Assembly: GCF_039654945.1 (NCBI RefSeq)
Contig: NW_027361672.1
Coordinates: 25,916,001 to 25,980,000 of the forward strand
From: Dendrobates tinctorius
Taxonomy: Eukaryota
Direction: 5' to 3'
DNA length: 64,000 nt
Below the pieces are notes generated by a model. It was not told the DNA's origin and searched no databases. It was given only the letters and a program-made list of their open reading frames with translations. Made by a program: the position numbers and the translations under genes. Shown piece by piece: positions 51,600 to 64,000 of the stretch. The first letter of the stretch is position 1, and every line of letters begins with the position of its first letter.

Positions 51600-54185
51600 T
51601 TTCTGGCAAATTTATCCCAATATTTTTAAAATTGGACAAGTCATTTTATGTAGTGATAACTCTGGAATACTTCAACATATCCCAGTGATTTTGAGATTGC
51701 TATTCGTGACACATTGTACTTTATGATAGTGGTAAATTTAGGCTGATATGTTTTGCGTTTATTTTTAAAAATATCAATAATTTGACAAAACTTGTAAAAA
51801 AAACCCTGCAATTTTCAAACTTTTAATGATTATCCCTTTAATCCAGATAGTCACATCACACAAAAACATTAATAAATACATTTCCCTTGTGTTTGCTTTA
51901 CATCAGTACTATCTGTAAAATGTTGTTTTATTTTGTTTCATTTTAGAAGGTTAAAAATGTAGCAGAAAATTTTCATTTTTTAAGGAAATTTACAAAACTC
52001 ATTTTTTATAGGGGCCTGTTCAGTTTGACGTTGGGGGTCCTATATACAGGAAACCCCCAAAAGTGATATTTTAAAAACTGTTCCCCTCAACGTATTCAAA
52101 ATTGCTTTCAAGTATTTCATTAAACCTTCAGTTGCCTTACAGGAATTAATGCAAAGTGGCATGACAGGAATGAAAAAGTTTACTTTTACCATCTAAATTT
52201 TGATAATTTTTTAAAAGGCCACTGTTGCCAGCAGTCGCTTAGGCTTATGGTCATGAACTGCCATGGCAAACAATAACACCACACGATCAAGATCTCATGG
52301 TACCAATGGGGTTAAAGAGGGAGCCCCCCACATTCTGTTAACCATTTAGATGCTGTAGTCACTATTTACAGCAGCATCTAAGAGGTTAAACGACCATGGT
52401 CAGTGCTAATACTGACCATGGCTGATGCAGGAAGTTGTCAGCTATAGTGTACAACTGACAGTTCCTGGATTGTCACCCGTCAGGGGATGCTAGTCTCTTA
52501 TATCGCAGGTCAGTAAAAAGATGTATTGGCTGTCATTAAGGGTTAAGCCACTAAAATGGCATATGTTTCCATGAATTAGATGAGCAGGCTTTGTCACACA
52601 AAAACCCACACATGCTCTGTACATTTTGTCAAAGCTGGCCGAAAATACTAGTGAAACATCAAAAGTAGTTACATTTTTGCACAACTCCTGAACATTTTTT
52701 TTTTTTACAAACTTTGGATTTTTCTCAGCAATTAAAAAAAAAAGAAGCTATACATGTTTGGTATTTATGAAGCTGAAGTGACCTGGAAAATCACAATGGC
52801 AGGTCAGTTTTAGCATTTAGTGAACATGGTACAAAAAAAAATTGTGGAATTGCACTTTTTTTTGCAATTTCATAGCACTTTGATTTTTCCCCCCCATTTT
52901 CCAGTACACTATATGGTAAAACCAAAAGTGTCATTCAAAAGCACCATTCCACAAAAAGCAAGCCTTCACATGGCCAAATTGACTGAAAAATAAAATAGTT
53001 ATGGCTCTAGGAAGAAAGGGAGCAAAAAACAAAAACAGAAGGTTCAAATCCCACCAAGGCCAACATCTGAAAGGAGTTGGTATTTTCTGCCCGTGTTTGC
53101 GTGGGTTCCTCTGAGTTCTCTGATTTCCTTCCACACTCCAAAGACATACTGATAGGGACTTTAGATTTTGAGCCCCATTGGGAAAAGTGCCAATAATGTC
53201 TGAAAAGCGCTGTGGAATTAATGGCGCTATGTAATTGAGTAAAATAAATAAATGTATTAATAAATTAGTCTTAAAATATTGAATAACTGAGGTAAAAAGC
53301 ACGTCAAACTTGTGTACCCCTGCAATTGTCAATGCTGGCTGCAGCTGGGCTATACATGCTTCAGTTACATTTTTTGTGGGAAATTTTTATGACTGCTCCG
53401 TGAATCAGAACAAGGTTTACAAAAATGCAATTGCTATAGAAGCAACATTAGCCAGATGTATGGAGGGCATTTTTAGGTTGAAAAATGTAAGCATTCTTTC
53501 ATGCACATACTATAAAGAGGATTTACAATTCTGCATCCAAAAATTTAGAATACAAAACTATCAAAAACTCCTATGTAGTTTTAATGCTATGTAAATCTGG
53601 TATCGCAGTAATTGTACCGACCCTAGAAATAAAGGTATCTCATCCATAATACAGCATGATGAATAGTGTGAAAAAACTGAACTGCTGTTGATTTGTTAAT
53701 TCTGCCTTCCAAAAATCGCAGTAAAGGTTAGGGTCACATTTATCAGGTGCTCTATGCTTAGCACTTATGTCAAGAGTTTCAGTTTAAATCTCTAAAAAAG
53801 AGGATTCAAACAATCCCCTCGATGGAATCATTTACTATAATGGTGCAGATGTACTGTAGTAACTTTGGGCTCTATCTGGACTCTTTCCCAGAGATGTTCC
53901 ATCTTTTTAGGCAACCACAAAAGCACACTAGCCCATGCTTTTGTGCATCTCTAAAAAGCCAGACACCTCTAGAACAAAGGCCCAATAGAGATGAAAGTGA
54001 CTACTTCTGGCTCACTACAGTGAATGCTCCTGTTCTGTCTGAAACAAATATTTAGTAGGAAATTCTTAATAAAGCATTCATTGTAGAGCACAGGAAAAAT
54101 AGGAACATAGCTTTAAGAGTCCTGCAAATATCATGTACCCCAAAATCGTCAAAACTTTAACTTAACCCTCAAAACAAACCCCCAC
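51600..54185. mobile_element. Cluster of decayed piggyBac-like non-autonomous fragments plus SINE
   Basis: aagggttaa end at about 52545; segments paralogous to 21950-22310. Confidence 0.5.
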
Positions 54186-55102
54186 CAGGATGGTGTCACT
54201 TTACTTGCATTTCAAATAAACTAGAGCAATTACTTTAAATCACGCTGTAGGTACAAGCCATATAACAATTGATCAAATACTTGGCTATTATTGAAAGACT
54301 TCTACGGGCATGGTCATCAGCAGTGTAACACCTATTCACGCACCAAAAAAGTGGAATCTTTTTCCAAACCTATGATAACAGTAAAGCTTTTTCTATCAAA
54401 GATTTTTAAAATTTCAATTCTGACCCTATAATATATATTATTCAATGCAACATATAATATATATGATTTACAAGCAAAAAACCCAAAGCCAGAGTGAGAG
54501 TACGTCTTTTCTTAGATGAAAACAAATGTTGCTGGACATTTCTCAAGCTTCTCTTATGAAAAAGCCGGTGAAAAAGTGACAGCTCACAGCATATAAGCGT
54601 CATATGACACTTCAGATTCAAAGACTTGAGATCAATATCAGACAATATCAGACATCTCCGTGCAGTTTTGCTGACCATTTAGTCCGAAGAAAATATTGGA
54701 CGCGCAAACTACCCCACAGACTCTCATAGTTACAAGTACTATCCATGAAAAATACAGATAGCACTCATATGAGAAAATTGACACCTGAGTGTTCTCTTAC
54801 TAAACTCTGTGAAGCACCTGACTGGCAGGCTCATGATGCACACCCCTGGATTAATTTTGTGACGGGTGAGGTTTCAAAACTTGTGCAGGATTTCTGCTGT
54901 TTTGGTACCTCAAAGGCTCTGCAAATGGGACATGGTGCCCTTAATGTATTCCAGCAAAATTTGAGCTTTACAAGTCAAATAGCGCTTTTCCTTTCTGAAC
55001 CTTGCCGTTTGTCCAAACAATGGTTTCTCAGCATGGTATGAGCATAATCAAATGGAATTGCATAACTACCCCTCTGAAAATGAAAAATGTGGAGATAAAT
55101 CT

Positions 55103-56577
55103 ACAATCTGGTTTCCGCCCCATCACTCCACTGAGACAGCCCTGACCAAAATTACTAACGACCTACTTACAGCCAAATCAAATGGACAATACTCTATACT
55201 CCTGCTTCTAGACCTGTCCTCTGCATTCGACACAGTTGACCACTGCCTCCTACTACAGATCCTCTCCTCCTTTGGCATCAAAGGCCTTGCCCTTTCCTGA
55301 ATCTCCTCATACCTTTCCATCCGTACATTCATCGTCTCCCACTCCCACACCACCTCCTCATCTCACCCTCTCTCTGTTGGAGTCCCTCAAGGCTCTGTTT
55401 TAGGACCCCTACTCGTCTCAATCTATACACTTGGTCTGGGGCAACTCATAAAGTCCCACGGATTCCAGTATCACCTTTATGCTGATAACACTACCTCTCT
55501 GGCCCAGACGTCACCTCTCTGCTGTCCAGAATCCCAGAGTGTCTATCAGCCATATCCTCCTTCTTCGCCTCTCACTTCCTCAAGCTCAATGTGGACAAAT
55601 CTGAACTCATCATCTTTCCTCCATCTCACAGATCTTCCTTACCCGACCTAGCTATAACAATTAATGACATCACACTTTCTCCAGTCCTGGAAGTCCGCTG
55701 TCTAGGAGTAACCTTTGACCCTGCCCTGTCCTTCAAACCGCACATCCAAGCTCTTTCTACCTCCTGTCACCTCCAGCTCAAAAATATTTCCAGTATCTGT
55801 CCTTTCCTCAACCCTCAATCTACTAAAATGCTTGTGCGTGCCCTCATCATCTCCCGCCTCGATTACTGCAACATCCTTTTCTGTGGTCTCCCTGCTAACA
55901 CCCTCGCACCTCTCCAGTCCATCCTTAACTCTGCCACCCGACTAATTCATCTCTCTCCTCGCTACTCCTCCGCTTCTCCCCTCTGCAAATCTCTTCACTG
56001 GCTCCCACTCCCTCAGCGTATCCAGTTCAAATTATTAATACTGACCTACCTCGCCATCTATAACCTGTCTCCCCCATATGTCTCTGAACTAATCTCTCGA
56101 TACCTTCCCTCACATAATCTCCGGTCCTCCCAAGACCTCCTTCTCTCCTCCACACTTATTCGCTCCTCACCCAACCACCTCCAAGACTTCTCCCGAATAG
56201 CCCCTATTCTCTGGAATTCTTTGCCCCAACAAGTCCGACTATCAACCACATTTGGATCCTTCAGACGGAACCTGAAAACCCACCTCTTCAAGAATTCCTA
56301 CAGCCTGCAATGACCCCGCTACCTCCTTCTCTCTCACCACTACCGGTGATATCACCTCAACCAACACCGGAACTGCTGCAACCCACCAACCTACTGTCTC
56401 CTTCCCCACCATCCTGTAGAATGTAAGCCCGAAAGGGCAGGGTCCTCTCTCCCCTCTGTATCACTCTGTCATTGTTAGTTTGTTTACTGTAAGTGATATC
56501 TGTAATTTGTATGTAACCCCTTCTCATGTACAGCACCATGGAATCAATTGTGCTATATAAATAAATAATCATAATAA
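55103..56577 (+). mobile_element. L2-clade LINE 3' fragment (RT pseudogene plus 3' UTR)
   Basis: [58 protein letters not shown]; tail ...gctatataaataaataat. Confidence 0.92.
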
Positions 56578-57031
56578 AGCATTTTAGTACAGAAAAGTTT
56601 TTTTTATTTTTAACTTTAAATTTGTATTAATGCCAGTGAAACAATTGATTAGTTTACATTACTAAACTTCCTTAATGAAGTTTTTTAAGCTTTCATTATG
56701 AAAAAAAAAGATTGTTACATTTCTGTCAAATTTCCAAAAAAATTGCAAATCACCACTGGCATGAAGTATACATTCTTGTCATTGCTTTTTTGATATTTTT
56801 TCGACATATCATTATTGTCTATTGTGAGGAGTCACCACGCTCGGTAGAAGCCTTCAGGTAGACTCAGGAGCACATGCACTTAAAAATACCAATGGGTTTA
56901 TTATACGCAGCGTAAACCACAGTGTTTAAAACCAAAACACAGCCCTCTGGGCTTGATAGAAAAAACAAAGCAAAAATTACAGCATACAGTTCGGGGTTCT
57001 CCCACACAGTGTTAGGGAAAAAACACTCTTA

Positions 57032-57385
57032 AGGCCCCGTCGCACACAGCGATCTCGCTAGCGAGATTGCTGTGTGTGACGGGGATCAGCAACCGGCCCC
57101 CCTGCCGGTTATCGCTTATCGTGCTTGATCGGCCTGGGCCGTTTTTCGATCGCTGTTCTTCCGTTGGCCAGCACGCATCGCTGCGTGTGGCAGCGAGAGA
57201 CCAGCGATCAGCAACACTGGACGCTAGTTTCTAATGTAAACATCGGGTATCCAGGAGCCACGGCTCCTGGATACCTGCTGTTTACCTTGGAAACCCGCAT
57301 ACACGCTGGTTTCCAAGGTAAACAACGGGTATCCAGGAGTTGTGCGGCTCTTAGATACCCGATGTTTACCTTGGAAACCAGCAGG
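57032..57385. mobile_element. Truncated Harbinger-type MITE
   Basis: Reverse-oriented relative of 33018-33611. Confidence 0.6.
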
Positions 57386-57399
57386 TATCCACGGTCCTC

Positions 57400-58940
57400 A
57401 GGCTCTCGGATGGGAAGATCAGCAGAGGTTCTGTCTCCTCCTCCATTGACACCACGGAGCGAGAGATAGCATCGGGACGGATGCTCTTCTCCCCGGAGAG
57501 AAAGTGGAGGGTAAAGTGGAATCGAGAGAAGAACAGGAACCATCTGACCTGATGAGAGTTTAGCTGCTGGGATGACTGGTCTGCAAGTACACCAAGTTCT
57601 TGTGGTCGGTAAATACCTGGAAGGGGAACCGGACCCCCTCCAGGAGGTGTCTCCACTCCGAGAAGGCCAACTTCATAGCTAGCAACTCCCTGTCCCCGAT
57701 GGAATAATTCCTCTCTGCTGGAGAAAAGGTTTTGAAGAAGAAGCAAGGTTGCTTCCGACTTTGAGCGTCCTTCTGGAAGAGCCATCCACCTCCAATATGA
57801 ACAGCTTATCTACATCGGGGAAATGTACAGTAGAATGGGAGTGCTAGCAAATTGGGTCTTGATGGAGGAGAAGGCCTTGGAGACTTGTTCCAACCACAAC
57901 TTAGGGTTTTCTCCCTTCTTGGTGAGGGCCACCAAGGGAGCTACCAAGATGGAGAAGTGGAGAATGAACTGGCGATAGTAATTAACGAACCCCAAAAAGT
58001 GCTGCGTCGCTTTGAGAGAGTGGGGTTCCTGCCAGTCCATTATTGCCTGCAGCCTGGCAGGATCCATAGCCACACCCCAGGGCAGAGATGATATAGCCCA
58101 GGAAATGCAAGGACTCCTGCTCAAACAGGTACTTCTCCAACTTGGCATAGAGGGAGTTAGCTCGTCATAAGCGGTCGAAGACCTTGCAAACCTCTCTCCG
58201 ATGGGATTCCATATCTGGAGAGAAGATGAGAATATCATCCAGATAGACAACAACCAAGGGAGAAAGCACATCTCAAAAAAGATATCATTCACAAAGTCTT
58301 GGAAGACGGTAGGAGCATTACAGAGCCCAAAGGGCATGACCAGGTACTCATAATGGCCATCCCTGGTGTTAAATGACATCTTCAATTCATCCCCCTCATG
58401 GATACGAATCAGGTTATAAGCCCCCCGCAGATCTAATTTGATGAAATCTCTCGCTCCCTGTAACCTATCAAACAGTTCCGATATCAGGGGCAGAGGATAC
58501 TTATTTTTAACGGTGATAGCGTTAGGATGCCTGTACTCGATGCAGGGACATAGCTCTCCATTCTTCTTTTGGATGAAGAAGAATCCCGCCCCTGCTGGTG
58601 ACACCGACTTTCTAATGAATCCTCTTGCCAGATTCTCCCTAATATATTGAGACATGGCCTCTGTCTCCGGGAGAGACAGGGGATAGACTCGCCCCTGTGG
58701 AGGCTCAGTACCAGGCAAGAGGTCAATAGGACAGTCATAGGGATGATGAGGCGGAAGCATCTCCTCTGCCTTCTTGGAGAACACGTCTGCATACTGTCGA
58801 TAGCGTTTGGGGAGAGAGGAAAGATCTGCGGGAACCTCAGTGGAGGCAACCTGAATGCACTCCCTCTGACATATACCCTCACATGGTTTACTCCAACTAA
58901 GAATTCACCCCAAGGACCACTCTATATGTGGAGTGGATGA
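57400..58940 (-). pseudogene. Gypsy pol (RT/RNase H) remnant
   Basis: LPPHHPYDCPIDL, GFIRKSVSPAGAGFFF, KNKYPLPLI, KLDLRGAYNLIRI, YLVMPFGLCNAP, frameshifted YLDD, FLGFVNYYR. Confidence 0.9.
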
Positions 58941-59029
58941 ACCATACTCAAGCATTCCTTTAAAGGACAGCTTGGAGGAAAATGCCACAGATTCTAGTGA
59001 GCCTCCTCCTATGACCACTAGAGGCAAGC

Positions 59030-59881
59030 GTTTTCCCGACCGCTGTGGGCACCGGTTGGCAAGGTGACCAGACTGCCGGCAAACATGACAGACCACAGGT
59101 GCTTGAGTGGACCGGGACCTGGATCCCACGCGAGAAGACCCCATGGCCGCTAAGCCTCGGACGCCCGATCGGGAGATTCCAGGGGTCTAACAAAATTATG
59201 TGCCAACCTAAACCTCTGCCTACACTGGGACCGCTCCAACCTTCGCTCAGTGAAGCGAAGGTTTACATGGATGGAGATGGTGGTAAGCTCCTCCAGTATG
59301 GCAAGAACCTCCCTGGTAGCCAGGGCATCCTTCACATGGTCAGCCAGACCTCTCCAGAATGCCGGAACGAGGACCTTATCTGACCACTTCAACTCTGAGG
59401 CCAGAGTCTGGAACTGGATGGCAAAATGGCTGACCAAGGACGAGCCCTGTGACAATTCCAGCAGCTGGAGCGTGGTGTCATGGGTGACTCGTGGTCCCAA
59501 GAAGACCTGCTTCAGAGTGGCCAAAAACTGAGAGGCACTCTGCACCACATGATCGCCACGCTCCCACAGCGGTGTGGCCCACTCCAAAGCCCTGCCCGAC
59601 AAGAGGGAAATGATCAATCCCACCTTAGCCCACTTGGAGGGGAATCATGCAGCCAGAAGCTCTAGCTGTATAGCACACTGACTCACGAAACCCCTACATG
59701 AAGCACTATCGCCTGAGAACTTCTTGGGCAGCAGGAAACGGGACAAAGTCGGGGCAGGGAAGGCAGTGGTCTTACGGAAGACAGCCTCCCTGGCTGCCTG
59801 AACAGCGACCACAGTAACATCCGCAACTAAGGCTGAACGCTCAAGAGCCACCAACCTACCCTCCAGCCCTGATGTACCCAT
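59030..59881 (-). pseudogene. Gypsy gag remnant
   Basis: PKKFSGDSASCRGFVSQC, ISLLSGRALEWA, zinc knuckle CHVCRQSGHLANRC; frameshifted. Confidence 0.88.
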
Positions 59882-59909
59882 TACTAGCCAGACCCTGGCA
59901 CTAGTATAA

Positions 59910-60566
59910 TGTTAGGGCTGGCGGAATGCACCAAATAATAGAAGATGTTACAGAGGTGCGTTCGCAGCCCGGGGTCCACTGTGCAAAGATGTTACCTTCT
60001 GCTCGGTAATGGCGGAGGCTACACGGCAAAAATAATAAACAATCATATATGGGTTAATGTCACCCGGTGTGTATGGAAGCGAGTTCTGTTACTCCACAGA
60101 ACCGCTTTGCCGCAGAGTACAAATACCGAAGCCTGTTAAACTCACAGGGCGTGGCTGGGTGAGCGCTAGCAAACAGTCACAGAACTCTGCCCCAGAGGCA
60201 CAGGGTTAGAGTCCCTCTAGACCACTAGCAATCAGCGCCGCAGCTGCGGTGCCAGCAAGAAAACAACTGAAATAACTGCACTAAGTGCGCACTGCACCGC
60301 TCTGGCTGACGAGGTCATCCCACAGGCATGCTCAGTAGGAGAAAGGCAGAACTTAGTCCCAGGAGCAGCTGCTCGCTGCTGACTCAAGCATGGTGCTATA
60401 GCTAAGCCAGGAGGAGCAACAAGATGCCAAGCATTATCCTGGGCAAGATGGTGGGACCGACATCTCTGCTGAGCAGGAACCTCTGCAGCCGCAGAAGAAT
60501 GGGAGACTGCAGAGGGACATGGCTTGAGATTCCCCCTGTGCCGAGGGGGAAACTCGACGCCTAACA
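59910..60566 (-). repeat. 5' LTR of the Gypsy element
   Basis: TGTTAGG...CCTAACA inverted termini, adjacent to gag. Confidence 0.88.
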
Positions 60567-60915
60567 CTTGGTCTAATGCAGGGGTCCTCAAACTACGGGC
60601 CGCATGCGGCCCTCCAAAGACTTTTATCCGGCCCCCCGCCAGGCCGACTTTGAGATCTTGAACTGCACTGCAGTTCAGTGCCGGCGGGCTGTGTAATTGC
60701 GGGCGGGACGAGGCGCCGAGGAAGGGCGTTGCGCAGCCCTCCCGCAGCACAGTGCACAGAGACGACGTGATTGTCATCACGCCGCCTGCGCGGTCTGATG
60801 ATGTCACGCCGCCTGGGCCTGTGCCGGAAGAAGACGGAGACGAGTGGGCGCCTCTTCAGAGCAGTGCGGGGACATAGGTGAGTACTTTTTTTTTTTTTTT
60901 TTTTTAATGCCGGGT

Positions 60916-62635
60916 CCTATTGGGGATATTTTCCTGCCTAGTGGGGACATTGTTCTGCCTAGTGGGGACCTGTGCTACCTATTGGGGATATTTTCCTGCC
61001 TAGTGGGGACATTTTCCTGCCTAGTGGGGATCTGTGCTACCTATTGGGGATATTTTCCTGCCTAGTGGGGACATTGTTCTGCCTAGTAGGGACCTGTGCT
61101 ACCTATTGGGGACATTTTTCTGCCTAGTGGGGACATTTTCCTGCCTAGTGGGGATCTGTGCTACCTATTGGGGATATTTTCCTGCCTAGTGGGGACATTG
61201 TTCTGCCTAGTGGGGATCTGTGCTACCTATTGGGGATATTTTCCTGCCTAGTGGGGACATTTTCCTGCCTAGTGGGGACCTGTGCTACCTATTGGGGACA
61301 TTTTTCTGCCTAGTGGGGACCTGTGCTACATATTGGGGACATTTTTCTTCCTAGTGGGGACATTGTTCTGCCTAGTGGGGACCTGTGCTACCTATTGGGG
61401 ACATTTTTCTGCCTAGTGGGGACATTTTCCTGCCTAGTGGGGATCTGTGCTACCTATTGGGGATATTTTCCTTCCTATTGGGGACATTGTTCTGCCTAGT
61501 GGGGATATGTGCTACCTATTGGGGATATTTTCTTGCCTAGTGGGTACATTGTTCTGCCTATTGTGGACCTGTGCTACCTATTGGGGACATTTTCCTTCCT
61601 AGTGGGGATCTGTGCTACCTATTGGGGATATTTTCCTGCCTAGTGGGGACATTGTTCTGCCTAGTGGGGACCTGTGCTACCTATTGGGGACATTTTTCTG
61701 CCTAGTGGGGACATTGTTCTGCCTAGTGGGGACCTGTGCTACCTATTGGGGACATTTTTCTGCCTAGTGGGGACCTGTGCTACCTATTGGGGATATTTTC
61801 CTGCCTAGTGGGGACATTTACCTGCCTATTGAGGACATTTACCTTCCTATTGGGGACCTGTGCTACCTATTGGGGACATTTACCTTCCTATTGGGGACCT
61901 GTGCTACCTATTGGGGACATATACCTGCCTATTGGGGACCTGTGCTGCCTATTGGGGACATTTACCTGCCTATTGGGGACCTGTGCTGCATATTGGGGAC
62001 CTGTGCTGCCTAATGGGGACCTGTGCTGCCTATTGGGGACATTTACCTGCCTTTTGGGGACCTGTGCTGCCTATTGGGGACATTTACCTGCCTTTTGGGG
62101 ACCTGTGCTGCCTATTGGGGACATTTACCTGCCTAATGGGGACCTGTGCTGCCTAATGGGGACCTGTGCTGCCTAATGGGGACATTTACCTGCCTATTGG
62201 GGACCTGTGCTGCCTATTGGGGACTTTTACCTGCCTTTTGGGGACCTGTGCTGCCTATTGGGGACATTTACCTGCCTATTGGGGACATTTACCTGCCTAA
62301 TGGGGACATTTGCCTGCCTAATGGAGACCTGTGCTGCCTATTGGGGACATTTACCTGCCTTTTGGGGACCTGTGCTGCCTATTGGGGACATTTACCTGCC
62401 TATTGGGGACCTGTGCTGCCTATTGGGGACATTTACCTGCCTTTTGGGGACCTGTGCTGCCTATTGGGGACATTTACCTGCCTTTTGGGGACCTGTGCTG
62501 CCTATTGGGGACATTTACCTGCCAATTGGGGACCTATGCTGCCTATTGAGGACATTTACCTGCCTATTGGAGACGTATGCTGCCTATTGGGTATATTTAC
62601 CTGCCTTTTAGGGACCAATGCTGCCTATTGGGGAT
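60916..62635 (+). repeat. 20-22 bp minisatellite (cctattggggac core)
   Basis: Alternating subunits, each with GGGG. Confidence 0.95.
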
Positions 62636-62687
62636 TCTTGCACCACACCAGTCTGAGCCTGAGGTAAAAGTGGAGTTCCACCAATAT

Positions 62688-62890
62688 GGACACTGGTGAG
62701 GCTGCATTGATAGGCACTGATCAGGCTGCATTGATGGGCACTGATCAGGCTGCGCTGATGGACACTGATCAGGCTGCATTGATGGGCACTGATCAGGCTG
62801 CATTGATGGGCACTGATCAGGCTGCATTGATAGGCACTAATCAGGCTGCATTGTTGGGTACTGATCAGGCTGCATTGATGGGCACTGATC
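62688..62890 (+). repeat. 24-bp minisatellite
   Basis: ggcactgatcaggctgcattgatg, about 8 copies. Confidence 0.95.
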
Positions 62891-63361
62891 AGGCTGCATT
62901 GATGGGCAGTGCAGTCTGTATGTCTCTGTGTGGGCAGTTTTATTGCTGGTATATTGTTTTTGTAGCGCTGTATATATGTTGGTATTTTACTAATAGCAAT
63001 TTTGAATCCCTAGGAAACAATGATATCAAGAAAGAGAAAAAATTAACTCGAAGTGTAGGATATTCGAAGAACCCAAAAAATCGGTAAGTTTGATGATTTA
63101 ACTTCATTTTTAATATTGTATTTGTTCCTATTTTTTTTTTTTACTTCTAAACAAGATATGTGCAGTGTGCACAGGAATTTATTCATAATTTTTTTTAAAC
63201 TATATTCCGGCCCTCCAACGGTCCGAGGGACCGTAATCTGGCCCCCTGTTTAAAAAGTTTGAGGACCCCTGGTCTAATGCATAATATTTCTGACTACAAA
63301 AATGGATACGGACTATTCCTAACCAGAAAAAAACTACTGAATACTCCACTGGACACTTACA

Positions 63362-63510
63362 CATTATTATTATTATGCATTTATATAGTGCCATTTATTC
63401 CATGGCGCTTTACATGTCAAAAGGGGAATTATAGACAAGTATAATATATACAAGAATAATAAACAAGTGTAAGACAAGGGACGCACAAGTACATAAGGAG
63501 AGAGGACATT
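63362..63510 (-). mobile_element. L2-type 3' tail fragment
   Basis: attattatt..atttatatagtgccatttattccatggcgctttacat is the reverse complement of the L2 tail at about 56525-56577. Confidence 0.65.
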
Positions 63511-64000
63511 AACAAGCGTTTTGCAAAATACAGGTCTATTTTTAGTAAGATAGCGAAGGCAATATTGCCGGTGTATTGAAGAGCAGATGTACGGTATGTT
63601 TAAATCCCAAATCTCAGTGTAAAGGTATAAAAACATCCACAGGCGTGTGTCTGTCTGTGCGCAGTCTACATTCTGACTGTTTGTACAGCGAAATAAAACA
63701 TCCTCATATACTATACACAGCACTGATGACAATCCATGTTCAATGATTTTCACTTAAGCTTCCATCTTTTCTTTATTTGTCTGTTAAAAACGAATACCTG
63801 ACAGATTTAATACCAGTTTAGCTAATGCCTCGTAATCCTTCCAATTACTGTACACACCACAAAATTACATTAAAGCAATTTGTTGACATGCCACAGTTTA
63901 CATATCAATAGCTGAGTCATTAATACACCCCTTCAAAGACCCTCAAGTCGATAATTACATTCCCTTTTATGTGTCAGTACCCCATTATATTTTCTAGTTT

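Larger units (their letters stand above)
57386..60566 (-). mobile_element. Gypsy (sushi/Tf1-group) LTR retrotransposon, 3'-truncated
   Basis: LTR, gag, RT and RNase H in order on the minus strand; integrase and second LTR absent. Confidence 0.9.
60579..63271. mobile_element. Non-autonomous hAT (Charlie-like) element with satellite cargo
   Basis: TIR caggggtcctcaaact / agtttgaggacccctg; exact 8-bp TSD gtctaatg. Confidence 0.92.

Noticed and set aside
61736-63087. Many overlapping ORFs (LLGTCAAYWG, GTDQAALM repeats)
   Set aside because: They are translations of minisatellites inside a non-autonomous hAT; no coding evidence.
63739-63800. Possible terminal host exon on the minus strand after tttttaacag (TNKEKDGSLSENH* or QIKKKMEA*)
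   Set aside because: Too short and not recognised; would need RNA-seq or TBLASTN support.

Overview
This is eukaryotic, repeat-saturated, gene-poor DNA. The mix of TE families looks anuran (frog-like), which is an inference. I found no convincing host protein-coding exon. Nearly all long ORFs are decayed TE genes: Penelope-like RT, several Tc1 transposases, a near-intact Chapaev3-type transposon, hAT and Harbinger (nuclease plus spliced Myb/SANT partner) remnants, CR1 and L2 LINE 3' fragments, and a sushi/Tf1-type Gypsy element with solo LTRs. Non-autonomous elements are deeply nested. Highlights: (i) about 8 minimal type-I hammerhead ribozyme motifs tied to short Penelope-type inserts, two of them forming long palindromes (146-bp and 99-bp arms) with apparent target-site duplications; (ii) a Tf1-like 11-nt self-priming signature in the Gypsy family; (iii) two Helitron copies carrying an array whose 43-bp unit is a canonical G-quadruplex motif; (iv) a Harbinger-type MITE carrying telomeric (TTAGGG)n. 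All calls are by eye; no searches were run.
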